Origin: Octopus sinensis
Taxonomy: Eukaryota
Direction of reading: 5' to 3'
Assembly (NCBI RefSeq): GCF_006345805.1
Contig: NC_043009.1
Span: 30,380,001 to 30,444,000, forward strand
DNA: 64,000 nucleotides
Below are positions 1-12,833 of the stretch, in pieces. Each line of letters opens with the position of its first letter. Positions within the stretch are counted from its first letter, which is position 1. The notes under the pieces are model-generated. The model was not told the origin of the DNA and did not search any database. It was given only the letters and a program-made list of their open reading frames with translations. The position numbers and the translations under genes are program-made.

Positions 1-226
1 CATGTATCATATGAGGAAAGTGGTTAAAGAAACAAGAATATTTCTTATGAAAAATGCATACTTATAATAGATGATTAATAAATAATCCATGATGTTAGAA
101 AAGATTTTGTTATCAGCACTCGATGGAGTAATTAACTTTTGATCAAACTGAACTCCTGTTCATTTCAAGTTCCGAGTATAAATGCTTCTCAAAATTTTAC
201 TACACTAAAATGGTCAATCGTCAAAT

Positions 227-544
227 TTAGTTTATAATTTTCCTTGATATCTCTCTTTTATTTTTACGGAAATATCTTAATATAATGTTAACTTTCAATG
301 ACAATATTTTCCATGTGGTTATCCTATGCGGCTGAGTTGTAAGAATCTTGATTAATACGCAATGCATTTTGTGGTGTATGTCTCCGCGATCAGTACACAA
401 TTTTGATTGGCCAACTAGATATTCTAAAATGATATTATGTCGTGGATGATACACTCCTTGAAACAATCTCAAAGTTGTGGAATTCATGACATCTGAACCA
501 GTAGCTTCCAGTGCCAAGCTCAATTCTTCCATCCGTAAAATAAT
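227..544 (-). CDS. candidate terminal coding exon (105 aa + stop), product unknown, weak TPR/SMYD-C-terminal-like pattern
   Basis: Minus strand acceptor ctaaagattaatttgtttcag|ATT precedes a phase-0 non-repetitive open frame IILRMEELSLALEATGS...YHPRHNIILEYLVGQSKL...KIIN*. No upstream exon could be joined with confidence. Confidence 0.4.
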   Translation of the reverse strand: MILRMEELSLALEATGSDVMNSTTLRLFQGVYHPRHNIILEYLVGQSKLCTDRGDIHHKMHCVLIKILTTQPHRITTWKILSLKVNIILRYFRKNKREISRKIIN

Positions 545-595
545 CTGAAACAAATTAATCTTTAGTCTACGATTTGATTTCAATGCGATTCTACA

Positions 596-725
596 TATTC
601 AAATTCCGTCGAGGTCGACTTTGCCTTTCATCCTTTCGGGTCGATAAATTAAATACCAGTTGCGTACTGGGGACGATCTAACCGACTGGTCCCCTCCTCC
701 AAAATGTCGAGCCTTGTGCTTAGAG
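596..725 (+). mobile_element. SINE family A fragment (core GAGGTCGACTTTGCCTTTCATCCTTTCGGG-TCGATAAA)
   Basis: Core motif recurs more than 10 times in the window in both orientations. Confidence 0.8.
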
Positions 726-1592
726 GTTGTCCCATGAAAATAATACTGCAGCAGTCTATGAAATAGAGATCATATTCCTTGCCGTATGGAATAAATTAAG
801 TTCGATAACACAGAATTTTCGGTTCGATACTAGAAATATTTTTATGCCGTGATTGTGGGAAGACTATACAGAGGTAGATAATCATCGCCTTCTTTAGGTT
901 TGATAAAGATTTGAACTCAGAGCCATAAGCTAACAACGTGCCCATCGATTACACAGATCCTTACTGCCGACACCATTTCTCTGTGTTCACAGGTAAGCAG
1001 TATGGACTATAGCCAAGCTAATGCACTTTACCATCTTTCCGCTGTTCTATGAACAATCAACCCTTCAACAAGGTTATCACCCGATCAACTTGGCCAACTG
1101 ACATTCTCGTGCAACGATAGAGATTGTTTGATTGATATCTGCTTTAATATTTCCAGCTCTTTCAATCTAACACTTTACAGACTAGTAGGCATATTTACAC
1201 TCCACTTTGTGATCTGATGCATGTATTTTGATGTATGTTACTTAGAGATTTAATGCAGAGTTCTGTGTTAATCCGTTTTAGATCAACTTATCTATTTCTT
1301 TTATTTGGTAGCTTTATTTATTTGTTATATTACTCAATAGAAAACTGAAAGAAAAGAAAGATACTGGTTTTTGCTTCTTCTTCCTAACTCAGCCTTGTTA
1401 TATTGTTGTAGAATATTCTGCTTCTGGCTTTTATGCACCATCAACATGTAGAAATGCAGTATGGCATTGTTCTAATCGTGCAACATCTACATCTAGTTTT
1501 TCAGTATCTCTCTTCTGACCTCACATACTTAAAAATATATTATGGTTCACTAAGTTTACATACTCACTCCTCCCTTACACAATCTTTCACCC

Positions 1593-1595
<3 letters not shown>

Positions 1596-1634
<39 letters not shown>

Positions 1635-1771
1635 ATATATCTCTGTGTCTCTATATATATGTATATGTATGTTTATATACATAAAAATATATGTTATGTA
1701 TATATATATAATATATATATATATATGTATATATATGTATATATATATACATACATATATACACGAACATA

Positions 1772-1830
<59 letters not shown>

Positions 1831-1846
1831 AATGCATACACATACA

Positions 1847-1879
<33 letters not shown>

Positions 1880-1910
1880 GCATGTACATATATATATATA
1901 TATATAAACA
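1596..1910. repeat. compound (CT)n/(TA)n/(TACA)n microsatellite
   Basis: Directly visible; source of the YI-rich ORFs. Confidence 0.95.
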
Positions 1911-2905
1911 TGTGTGTAAAGCATCTTTGTCTCTTTCCATGGCTCGAATTGAATGAGTGAATAATAGGATTATAAACATTGTTACATATTATCAATATCT
2001 CCCAGCATGCAGCAGAACAGCGGCATATACCAAATTACTGGTCTTCTATTTGTTAACTGCTGAGGAGATTAGATGAACCAACTTTAGGGTGAGCCGGCAA
2101 AGTCCTCACTTGAAAAGGCGACCACATCACTGAGAACAAATTATAATTGTTTACGCCGTTTTAACAACATTAGGTTAATATTCGACACATAGAAACTCAT
2201 AACAAATGTTTCCATAGCAACAGAAAATGATAGATTTCATTTCCTGTCTTGACTGCTATGACGAGTACAAGTTATGAGGCTGGAAAGTTATGTTAAATAA
2301 ATAGCAGTATGAAATTAATAGCAGTTCCTTTTAATATATCTACTTATCTATTTTCCATAAGTAACCACTAAATAGTTATTGATTAACAATAATTTACTGT
2401 ATATACCTTGAATAATGGAAAGTAATAATTATTTCATAGGAAATTAACCAGAAATTCTCTTTTCCAAGTGCAAAATATAATAGATTTTTAACTAGTGGTA
2501 ACATTGTTAGTATGATCAAGTTATAAGTTATTGATATATTTTCCTTATCGTTTGCCTTTGTACTCGGGATAACAAAAAGACAAAAAGAAATAGTAAACAA
2601 ACAATACAAAAGTAGATCGATAAATTTGCACAAAACTCAACCTACAAACATTAGTATTTTATGAGAAGCTGATAATTTTATATTGCAACACCAACACATG
2701 CAGTCAGATTTGCACACCAACACACATGCAGGTTTTATAGCAACAGAATATATATGCTTTTGCCTATAAACACATGCATGTTTTGTTTCTGTATTTTTAT
2801 CCACATAGATGTGTACATAGATACATATTTACTTCATGGGCGTCTATTCTGATAATGAACTACGGTTGTATTTCATATATATTTTACATGTTTTATTACT
2901 CCTCA

Positions 2906-2964
<59 letters not shown>

Positions 2965-3098
2965 TTACTTTACTTAAATAAAATGATATTTCAGGAAATT
3001 GTGTTCGTATTTCTATTATAAGAGTTTAAATCGCCGTCTGGTTCTGCATCACACACTGGCCTGTTGCTATTCCTTCCTTTCTTTGTTCACACCTTTAG

Positions 3099-3150
3099 CC
3101 TTCGACCTCTGAAATAATCATATGGAAGCTGTCGCGATATATGGAGTATC
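3099..3150 (+). other. candidate small exon (52 nt)
   Basis: Pyrimidine tract tccttcctttctttgttcacacctttag| and donor |gtgagt. One frame is open throughout (PSTSEIIIWKLSRYMEY); an internal ATG gives MEAVAIYGV. No homology recognised. Confidence 0.3.
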
Positions 3151-3978
3151 GTGAGTATTTTTATAGCCAAATGGAACACATTTTTTAGTGGGTCTGAACA
3201 CAACCAATTCCTTTATACGGGTTAGAGAGACAAAAAAGACAAAAGTGAGAGAATAATATGCAATACTGTTAACACATGGGTAATTTATTGGTTGATAACC
3301 TAAGGTTGAAAGGCAAAGGTGACTTCAACAGTGTCTGAACCTCTAATGCAGACAGCTACCTTGCTGTAACTGTTACTGTTGTAAATGTGCCAACGTGTAT
3401 TGGTCATACTAACATTGTATTTTACTTAATTCTACACACGCACGCACATACACAACACAACACATACACACTCTCTCATCTCTAACATCTTCAGCAACAG
3501 CTACAGCAGCACTATTATTACCACCAATACCACAACCACACTAACGTCACTACTATGATGATGATGATGATGATGATGATGATTATCATGATCAACATCA
3601 TTATCATCATCATCGTAGTCGTCTTCATAAAATAACAAAATTATGCATGGATTAGGGACACATAGTATTGTGTTCCATCATTAGTGCCCTAAATTCATCA
3701 GTCGTTACATGGGTCTCGAACATCGGACTGAAAAATTGTTAGAACATCAAAGTTTCTGGTAGTATTTAATGTGATTCTTTATGTTCTGAGTTCAACACTC
3801 ACTGAAGCCTCTTCTGCTGTTAATCTTTCCAGAACAAATAACATGAAGTGCCATACAAAGACACTAGATTAGTAATATTGTTAGGGCAGTAGCAAAAATG
3901 CCTTTTGGTATTTGTTCTCGTTTTTTACCTTCTGATCTCTGATACCACTAATGTCAAATTTATCTTTCATTTCCTCAG

Positions 3979-4110
3979 GTGCCAATAAAAAGAAATGTTA
4001 GTCCTAGGTTAGGGTTTGACAGAATTGTAAGAGCGTTAGACGAAATACTGTGTATTAATTGTTTCTGCTTTTATCATTCCCAGTTTGCCTACAGTGATAT
4101 TAGTAACAAG
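3979..4110 (+). other. candidate exon (132 nt)
   Basis: Acceptor tttatctttcatttcctcag| and weak donor caag|gtgtat; frame VPIKRNVSPRLGFDRIVRALDEIL...ISNK is open. Confidence 0.2.
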
Positions 4111-4808
4111 GTGTATAGTCCAAGGCTTTCCTTCGGTCATTCACTGATTTGCAGAGAGGAAAATTTTGCAAGGTCAACTGTATGTTTTCCATAAACAAAA
4201 ACACCTCATCTAGACCCAAATGATACAGAACATTTTCGGGTAGAGATACATTTTTAAATCCTAAACTTTGAAGAATTATAAATAAAGAAAAAAGATTTGA
4301 AGGCTGATCATCATGTTCTGAGAACGTGCAAGCAATCCACATTACCAATAAAATCATTCTAAAGAGGGATATCACAAGACTACTTAACGAAATCATCGCA
4401 GAACGAACGTTAATTATAGAGGGTCATATACTCTGGTTACCAGAACAACGCTATTGTTAAAATAGATTTCAAATAGATACAACTGAATGGGAAAAGAGAA
4501 GAAAATAAAATAAATAGTACAGAACATTCATATCAGATGTGACAGAGTTATATCATTTGGACGGATGCAGAAAAAACTACAGTCAACAAAAACCGGTTGC
4601 GTCAACTTGTTGCCCGACGAGCTCAAGAGAGAGAAATAACTGAACTGAACAGAAACAGAATCGGCACAAGACATAGGTGTTAGTCCTGCCCAGACTTCCT
4701 TATGAAGAATGAAAACAATATGCAGTATTCTCAATAGTCATATCAAAGAATTAGCAATATTTATATCCAGCTTAACATGACTGCTTTGTTGGAACACTGA
4801 ATCCTATA

Positions 4809-4973
4809 TTATTAGCCTTGAGAGATCCTCTCGTACAGGCGCTTTGTGAATAAAATCACACAGATAGGTCGTAGCAGACGAAAGTACTTTGTTATGGTCG
4901 CCACCTGCTACGATCTATGTTTGTGATTTAATCCATCAAACGCCTTTATAAGAGGATCACTCAAGGCTAATAA
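4809..4973. repeat. 165 bp imperfect fold-back hairpin
   Basis: Arm 4809-4877 is the reverse complement of arm 4905-4973, e.g. ttattagccttgagagatcctct / agaggatcactcaaggctaataa; 27 nt loop. Confidence 0.85.
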
Positions 4974-5691
4974 CGCAAGATTTAGTGTTCTAACAAGGCA
5001 TTCCTGTTAAGTTCAATATAAATATTAACTTTTGGTATTCATTACTGCTTTCATCATTTATAATCAATAATTGGAAATATTCAACTTCCTTGTTCAAAGT
5101 CTTAAAAATCAGATCCACAGGGATTAAATTATATCCCTCACTTATACAGTATTGATAAACTAGATACCAGTAATACTTTGAGGTCTGTTCCACTATATTC
5201 TATCTTTACAAATATGTATTCTAATTACAGAACAACAAATCAGTATTTTTGAAATTTTAGAAATATCGCTACTAGTTTGTCTATTCTTTATATTATTTTC
5301 ATTCTTTCGAAAAATCTCTTTACATCGATAATATTTTTTTTTTCTAAATACCAGAATCTTTACAACAATGTTATTACCTTACTTGTCTTTTAAAGAATTT
5401 CTTAGCCAGCATGATCGGCTAGTGGAACCTGATACACTATTACATATGTTATGCATTATACAACTAAACCATAGCATATTCTGCACACACATGTAGTTGA
5501 TATCCGTTTTACACAAGTAAATGTTTAGATGTGTCTGGTAAATTTACATAGCTTGTATTGATTGGATCATTGTTTGACGATTAGAGCTTTGATAATTTGT
5601 TTAAGATGTACAAACATTCAAAGATTGTTTACCCAGAGGGATATTGAATAGCAAATTGTTTTGCATCAAGGATTCCCAAGAGGAAGAAAGA

Positions 5692-5741
<50 letters not shown>

Positions 5742-6142
5742 ATGCGCATATATATATATGTGTGTGTGTGTATAAGTAGGGGAGAACAGAGAGAGAGAAA
5801 TGGTAAAAGAAGAAGAATATGTAGAGATGTTGCTTCTAGCAGTGTTTACAATACATATATCAATTAAATATAGGATATCATATTTGATCCTTTTGCATTG
5901 ATTTCCTTCTTAGCATTTCGAAATTAGAAGCTTATTTCTTCTCTGTTGCTTTATAACAGCATTCAAGAAATATTAATGTGAATTTTATCAGAAATAATTT
6001 CAATCTACTTATGGATACTTGTAATAAATTACTTGAAATTTCATTAAGAAATTGTTGTTTTATTTTCAATATAATATCTATTTTACTGAAGTAACTCATC
6101 AATACAGAGATTGTGTTTATTTGTGCGTGTGTGTGTGTGTGT

Positions 6143-6179
<37 letters not shown>

Positions 6180-6351
6180 ATCTCGTCTCTCCGACACCAT
6201 CCCCGCCCCGCTTTTGTCGTTCTGCTAAGTAAAAAGCTTTTTAGGTTATTAAATAAATTCAAAATATTATCGAAATGGCTTATGACTTCCTCATAAAATT
6301 CTCTTTAGGGAGCCAACAGATACACCTTAATGAATTAATGGAGTCATTTAC

Positions 6352-6445
6352 TTGTTGTCGCTCCTGGGAATTCAACGAGGCAAGGCAACTGTTCGGAAAT
6401 GTTTGTTTCATGGACAATTAGAGAAGTCAAATTTTGCGCATTCCC
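6352..6445 (-). other. candidate internal exon (94 nt)
   Basis: Minus strand acceptor catttttatatcag| and donor CAA|gtaaat; only one frame is open (GNAQNLTSLIVHETNISEQLPCLVEFPGATT). Confidence 0.25.
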
Positions 6446-6589
6446 CTGATATAAAAATGTTTGTAACAAATTAGATCATTGTTGCATATAAAGTATCACT
6501 TCCAATGGGACTCTGTTTCAAAAGACATATATATAATAAATATGTAGCATCTGGTATGGATGATAATCTAGTCATTACTGCGTTTGTAT

Positions 6590-6812
6590 AAGGTGGTGCA
6601 GTGGTTGAAATAGTGCAGCAACGTATTAAATGTCTTTTCATTATTTAGTTCTATATTTCCTGCTATTTCCGAGTTCAAATCCCGCAGAGGTCGACTTTGC
6701 ATTTTATTCTTTTGGGGATCGATGAAATAAGTACCAGTTGAGACTGGAGTCGATGTTATCGACCTGTTCTTCTTCCAATCTTGCGGACCTTGTGCAAAAC
6801 TTTGAAGCCATT
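6590..6812 (+). mobile_element. SINE family A copy
   Basis: gagttcaaatcccgcagaggtcgactttgc...gatgaaataagtaccagttgag core. Confidence 0.8.
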
Positions 6813-6817
6813 ATTTC

Positions 6818-7005
6818 TCACTCATTTACTTGTTTCAGTCATCCGACTGCGGCCATGATGGAGCACCACCTTTAGTCGACTAATCGACTCCAGGACTTAT
6901 TCTATCGTTTTCTTTTTGCTGAACCGCTAAAAGACGGGGACGTGAACACACCAACACCGGTTGTCAAGCGATGGGGGGGGTGCAAACACAGACACACACA
7001 CATTA

Positions 7006-7037
<32 letters not shown>

Positions 7038-7200
7038 CTTGACGGGTTTCTTTCAGTTTTCGTCTAACAAATCCACTCACAAGGCTTTGGTCGGCTTGAG
7101 GCTATAGTAGAAGGCACTTGCCCAAGGTGCCACGCAGTGGGACTGAACCCGGAGCCATGTGGTTGGTAAGAAAGCTACTTGCCACACAGCCACTCCTGCG
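6818..7200 (-). mobile_element. near full-length tRNA-derived SINE family B
   Basis: Reverse complement of head (gcaggagtggctgtgtggcaagtagc...ggttcagtcccactgcgtggcacc) plus body and 3' end; matches 27845-28275. Confidence 0.9.
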
Positions 7201-7665
7201 CTATTGATATTCTGAGTTCAAATCCCGCCGAGGTCTACATTGCCTTTCCTCCTTTCGGGATCGAGGAAATCGACTAACTCCCTGCCACCAATTTGCTGGC
7301 TTTGTGCCGATAGTAGAAAGGATTATTTAATTCTATATTTCCCGCTTTTTAAGCTTTGCGTTCAAATCCCACCGTAGTCGACTTCGCATTTCATTCTTTC
7401 GGGGTCGATGAAATAAGTACCAGTTGAGCACTGAGTTCGATGAAATACTTTCTGTCAAAATTGCTGGCCTTTTGCCAAATTTTAGAAACAATATTTCTAT
7501 ATTTCCAGGTCTTCGCTCTTTTGAGTTCAAATCCTGCCGATATCAGCTATAGCTTTCATCTTTTGGGGGATCAATAAACTGAAGTCAAGTAGTAGTGTCG
7601 ATAGAATCGACAAACTTGTTTCCTTTAAAAATTGCTGGCATTGAGCCCAAATCAGAAGCAAGTAT
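7201..7665 (+). repeat. three head-to-tail diverged copies of the SINE family A core (~130-170 bp units)
   Basis: Units begin ...(ga/cg)ttcaaatcc at ~7214, ~7360 and ~7523 and end aattgctggc...ttgtgcc. Confidence 0.8.
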
Positions 7666-7974
7666 TTAGTTCTATATATCTATGCTTTCCAATAGAAATC
7701 ACTGCGTTTTTATTCTTACACATTAATCAAATAACAGTTGTTCCCACAGTCACACAAAATGTGAGTCTTTACAAACTTGTGGCTGTCTATATCGGTAAAC
7801 ATTATAGCAAAAAGTGCTTTGATTATGGTGAGTTCAAAAACAGGACAGACACTCCATCTGAGAGAGAGGGAAACTTAATTTCTCCGAAACAAACGATATA
7901 TTTCAATTCGTTGACATAAATATTTTCCCCTCTCTCTCATTCTTTATTTTCTCTTTCTCTGTCTGTTCGTTTCT

Positions 7975-8011
7975 CTCTCTCTCTCTCTTTCTCCTTCTCT
8001 TTCTCTCTCTT

Positions 8012-8075
<64 letters not shown>
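7975..8075. repeat. (CT)n microsatellite
   Basis: Directly visible. Confidence 0.95.
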
Positions 8076-8077
<2 letters not shown>

Positions 8078-8699
8078 TAGCAAAAGTTCAAATCCAAATT
8101 ATCAGATTTCCCTAATCCGCATGTCATCAAATTTAAACAAATATACGTCTCAGTACCAGTAATTACCTAAGGTTTTACTCAATTGATTTAATTTCTCTAC
8201 AAAAAAAAACATGTTTATTCTTGTATTTCTTAGCGATGACTTTCAATTACTAATAATATACCATCATAAGTTGCTATTAAAAACTTACAAAACTAAAATA
8301 CAATACACTTGTAGTAACAAAAAATTCAAACTGCACTATACGTATATACATACAATCACGCACACACGCACACGTATAGATGTATGTATAAAATATTTTA
8401 TCTATAATTGTTAGTCGAACGAAATGTATTTTGTCGGACTAACGATTATGGATTAAATATTTATTCTATTTACTCACAGACATATCTTTTGGGTTTGTTT
8501 TTTGTTCCTGTTTTTTTTTTTGTTCTAGATGTCTGGACATAGTTTCTTTCGAATTTTTCAATTTGGGAACACACACGTGCACAAATATTTATGCATGTAT
8601 ATCTATATATATATATTTTTTATTTGTGTGCGTGTGTATGTATATTTTCTGTATGATTTTTGTTTTAGTTTTCATTCGGAGAATTCAGGCTGGCCACTG

Positions 8700-8856
8700 A
8701 CCGAGCGGCAAGACATTTTTACGTCCATTTGTAGGTTTTGAGTTCAAATTTCTCTGGATCGATACAATATGTATCAGATGGATACTGGGGTCTCTGTAAT
8801 CGACAAGCCTAATCCCCTAAAAACATCGGGCCTTTTGCCTGTTGTACAAAGGATTG
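8700..8856 (+). mobile_element. degenerate SINE family A
   Basis: gagttcaaattt...tactggggtc...gtaatcgac...ggccttttgcc. Confidence 0.6.
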
Positions 8857-9048
8857 ATACATTTATTCACTTAGATGAAGAAATATCAGAATGATTTTAA
8901 ATACATTTATTTTTATCCCGATTCATGGAATCTTCAAAATTTTCTTTCCCCGAAAAGTCCTTATTTTAATCATTTGTTTTCATTAGAATTTGAAACATTG
9001 GCATAAAGCAATAGGATTATACATACATATATGTATACATGTGTGTTA

Positions 9049-9153
<105 letters not shown>

Positions 9154-9162
9154 AAGTATATA

Positions 9163-9204
<42 letters not shown>

Positions 9205-9329
9205 TGTGTGTGTCAAACTGAACATGAAACACGAAATCTAATTTGGAGTTCTGATCTTTCCGAATGGTTAAAGGACTTGCTTCATCGCTATACATTGGTA
9301 TGCATGTAATATTGGTTTCAAATTTTGCT

Positions 9330-9475
9330 CAACTAGTACTTATTTCATCGACCCCGAAATGACAAGAAGCAAATTCAGACTCTGTGGAATTTGGTTTGAG
9401 AATGTAAAGACGGAACAGATGTTTAAAGCATTTTGCCCTATGCGGTAACAATTCTGTCAGTCCACTGCCATTGTA
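9330..9475 (-). mobile_element. SINE family A copy
   Basis: tacttatttcatcgaccccgaaa...ggaatttgg is the reverse complement of the core. Confidence 0.7.
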
Positions 9476-9829
9476 TGGTATATTAATCAACTGATTACTT
9501 AACCAGTTAATTTATTAAACTGTAAGCTGTAAACCATTCTCGTCTAAATATATCATGGCAGATTTTAGATTTTCAGAGTTTCTCCCAACATATATTTTGG
9601 TGGAGGTGACACTGCATAGCATCGGAGATACAAACATCGAAATTGCTCTATTTCGAGAATACAACAAATTACCACATTTAGTTTAGTATATATCCCAAAT
9701 TGAAGGTGTTCTAAACAATGGGAGATTCAACACATTAAAAGTATTTATTGGCGAAAATATTGTAAAACAATAATACAAAAATTCGCAAACCAACACATAA
9801 TTATGTCTAATTAGATAAAAACTGATGTT

Positions 9830-10500
9830 CCTATTACTTGCAAATTCTTTGCTCACAGATTACCTGCTCTATGTCTGTACATATATGTGTATTTCGGGTC
9901 TCCTATCTCTTTCGCTCCACCGACTTTCCATCAACTATCTTTCGGTCTTCAGTGTGGCAATCACTGCTGTATCCTCAACCACTCATTTACTCTCTTCAAA
10001 ATTATAAAATATTGTCTTTCCGGTCTCTATTCTCTTCCATAATTCTTCTAACCACTCTTGTATTCACCTTCCCATTTAACCTATCAGCCCAGTTCAAAAT
10101 TATGCATCCACTTCGATGTCAAGCAACCGACCCACACGTACTTATCGCCCTCAATCTACTTACATAGAGTCAATTAAACTCTCTGTCACTCAATACACTT
10201 CACAACTTCCCCTCACAAACATAGATACACCCTCATCTCTTTCTCCTTCTTATTCCCTTAACTCCACTATGTACACCAGCGCATCAACACACACAGACCA
10301 TCTTACAGCTTCTCGCTAAGACATACATAGCCACACATATCTAATTTCTACCCACGTGTAAAAATAAGTACACATATATAAACTTACACTCGACTTTACA
10401 CACATAAACAAAACCTTACGAGAACGTACACGTATCTTCACATCTATATACACACCTATACACACACACTGTCTCCCCGCCCGTGAAAACACCACCAACC
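9830..10500 (-). mobile_element. possible highly decayed LINE ORF1-like fragment
   Basis: Strongly purine-rich minus strand; broken frame GR*VRVGRLLDIEVDA loosely resembles GRKTSKVRVEGIPPDIEMA at 60850-60905. Confidence 0.25.
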
Positions 10501-10752
10501 TTGACAACTGTACGCTGCGCTTGCTTTGTTTATTTCTCTCAACAATAGCAAAACTTCACCATTAATCTCACGCCAATTTACGCATAATCGCTTGCACAGA
10601 TGTGCAATGAGACACACAGTAACACCCGATTCCTCAGACTACTACTTCTCTGCAAAAACTGTAAACGCCACTAAAAGATATACGTGTTCACCTTCATAAC
10701 AATGTTCCTGACTATTTCCTCTTTCTCATCTGGTTTCATCCTTAGATATCAG

Positions 10753-10787
<35 letters not shown>

Positions 10788-10849
10788 AGAGAGAGGGAGA
10801 GAGAGTAAGTCAATTGAAAAAGACACAGAGAAAAAAGAAAAAAGTAACA

Positions 10850-11060
10850 AATGTGAGAACTTAGCACAAACAAGGTAGTAATAAGACGCTCAGAGAAAGT
10901 AAAGAGTAGTAGTTTTACGTTTCGAGCATAGCTCTTCTTCGGAAACAGGAAAAACAGGAATGTCCAAGAAGAGGGTAAAAAAATCGCCAACGTGCGGTTA
11001 CATTTCTAAAGTACCCGGAAGTAGAAGGAATGAAGAGAAAGTGCTTTCTGGGACAGGAGA
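10850..11060 (+). repeat. dispersed repeat family E (acgtttcgagc...ctcttcttcggaaac), possibly derived from a Penelope-like terminal repeat
   Basis: Related copies at 37380-37545, 45550-45690, 47540-47720 (minus) and 47840-48035. The family assignment is inference. Confidence 0.5.
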
Positions 11061-12369
11061 GTGTGAAGTCACGAAGTGTAATCCATTGGTCGTCAGACAG
11101 TCGTAATGATTGAATTTGAGTGGCATCTTTGCTTGAACTTGCCCTCAATTATGCATATATAGCATTTGTGTATAACGACGATGTTTGTTTTAGGATACAA
11201 TAGCTTTCTCATCACAAGGCGCATATACCCACCACATATTGGATTTTCGAGATGAAGTGCAGTGTAGTCATATTATTAGGGTGTATGGGTTATGCTATTC
11301 AGCATATTGTCAATTCGACTGTAACTTAATTTTTCAAGATTTTCTCCTGTAAATTGTTTCATGAATTTATGTTAATAAATTTACGCAGGAGAGAGTTTCA
11401 CAATTTAAAATGAATCATTTGGTGACAATCCATGTGAGAAACAAGCAATATTTTGGCATACATTTTCTGAGATTCAGCACATAGTGTAATACGTATATAA
11501 GTAATTATATGCTTGAATACTTTCTTAATTTAATATCATCAAGAATCTTTATGTTCTGGGGAAATAATATGGGAAAATGGGCTCCTTGTCAACTACCTGA
11601 AGAATGTTAGTTAAATGTGCAGGCCTGAATTCTTCTAACAGAAACGAAGCATCACAAAAAAAATAAGTCTCCCAAATAGACACTAAATCAACAAGTAACA
11701 TCTGCCCTTTCAATCATGGAATTTTTATAAGGGTAAACTATGTGTTACATTTCTGTAGCATTCCTATATATTAAATATATTTCAAATCGAAGTTTGGCTT
11801 ATAAAAAATGCTGACCCACTATTATGTTACTTTTGTGAATGTAGTAAATATTAATTTGTCTCTGTTTTTCACATGCAGTACAAAATTGCTCAATATACTT
11901 TGTCATGTGTAATTTTATTTGTAAAACCACCATGAGGTAAATTATATATTTCTGATCTGATTTATTGTTATATCAAGCAAAAATAATTTTGTTCTCTTCT
12001 GGTGTATTTTTATGTTATTAAACTTTACATTTAGCTTTCAGTTATATTCCAATATAACATGTCTTCAACTTGCACTCAGTATGAAATTAAATTCTATGAG
12101 ATCCTGGAAATGTCTTTTAAATATCTTTATATTATAAATCATTTCATGCTTTATCATAATAAATTGTTATACGATTTCTTCTACAATCACTCATTTGAAA
12201 AAGGAAAGAAAAGAAAGAAACAGACAGTAAAATAATCCGAAATACATAACAAAATATTTGTTCACAATATTTCTTCTACATTGTGTATTCTCTTTTCAGA
12301 TATAACATGTAAATACGCACACACACACACATATATATATATTTATACATGCACACACGCGCACACACT

Positions 12370-12403
<34 letters not shown>

Positions 12404-12448
12404 CAGAGACGGAACGCACGCATCCATTTCTAAGTAAGATTGTTCTTA

Positions 12449-12539
<91 letters not shown>

Positions 12540-12833
12540 TATTAAGATCTACATATGCAGTCAACATACACATACGCGTTTATATATATGAAGAGAGAGA
12601 GAGAAAATATCTGATCCAAATACTAGAAAGATGCAAACAAGTACGATTTTATACCCATGTGCAACAAATAATTCACCTGAGTTTCCAGTTACCCCCATTT
12701 TAGCTTTGTTCTAATCAAAGCACGAATCAAATACGAACAAATAATGAAACTATGTTTATTAAAAACTACAAACCATGACTGATTAAGTTATGCCAACATA
12801 TCGAACAGATATATTCAAAAGTCACCAGTGAAG

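Noticed and set aside
2394-2633. 79 aa minus ORF resembling a signal-peptide protein
   Set aside because: Starts at TTG, not ATG; hydrophobicity follows from T-richness; no splice or homology support.
3938-3948. tggtatcagag on the minus strand, like a tRNA-iMet primer-binding site
   Set aside because: Only 11 nt, with no adjacent LTR (TG...CA repeat) or gag/pol sequence.
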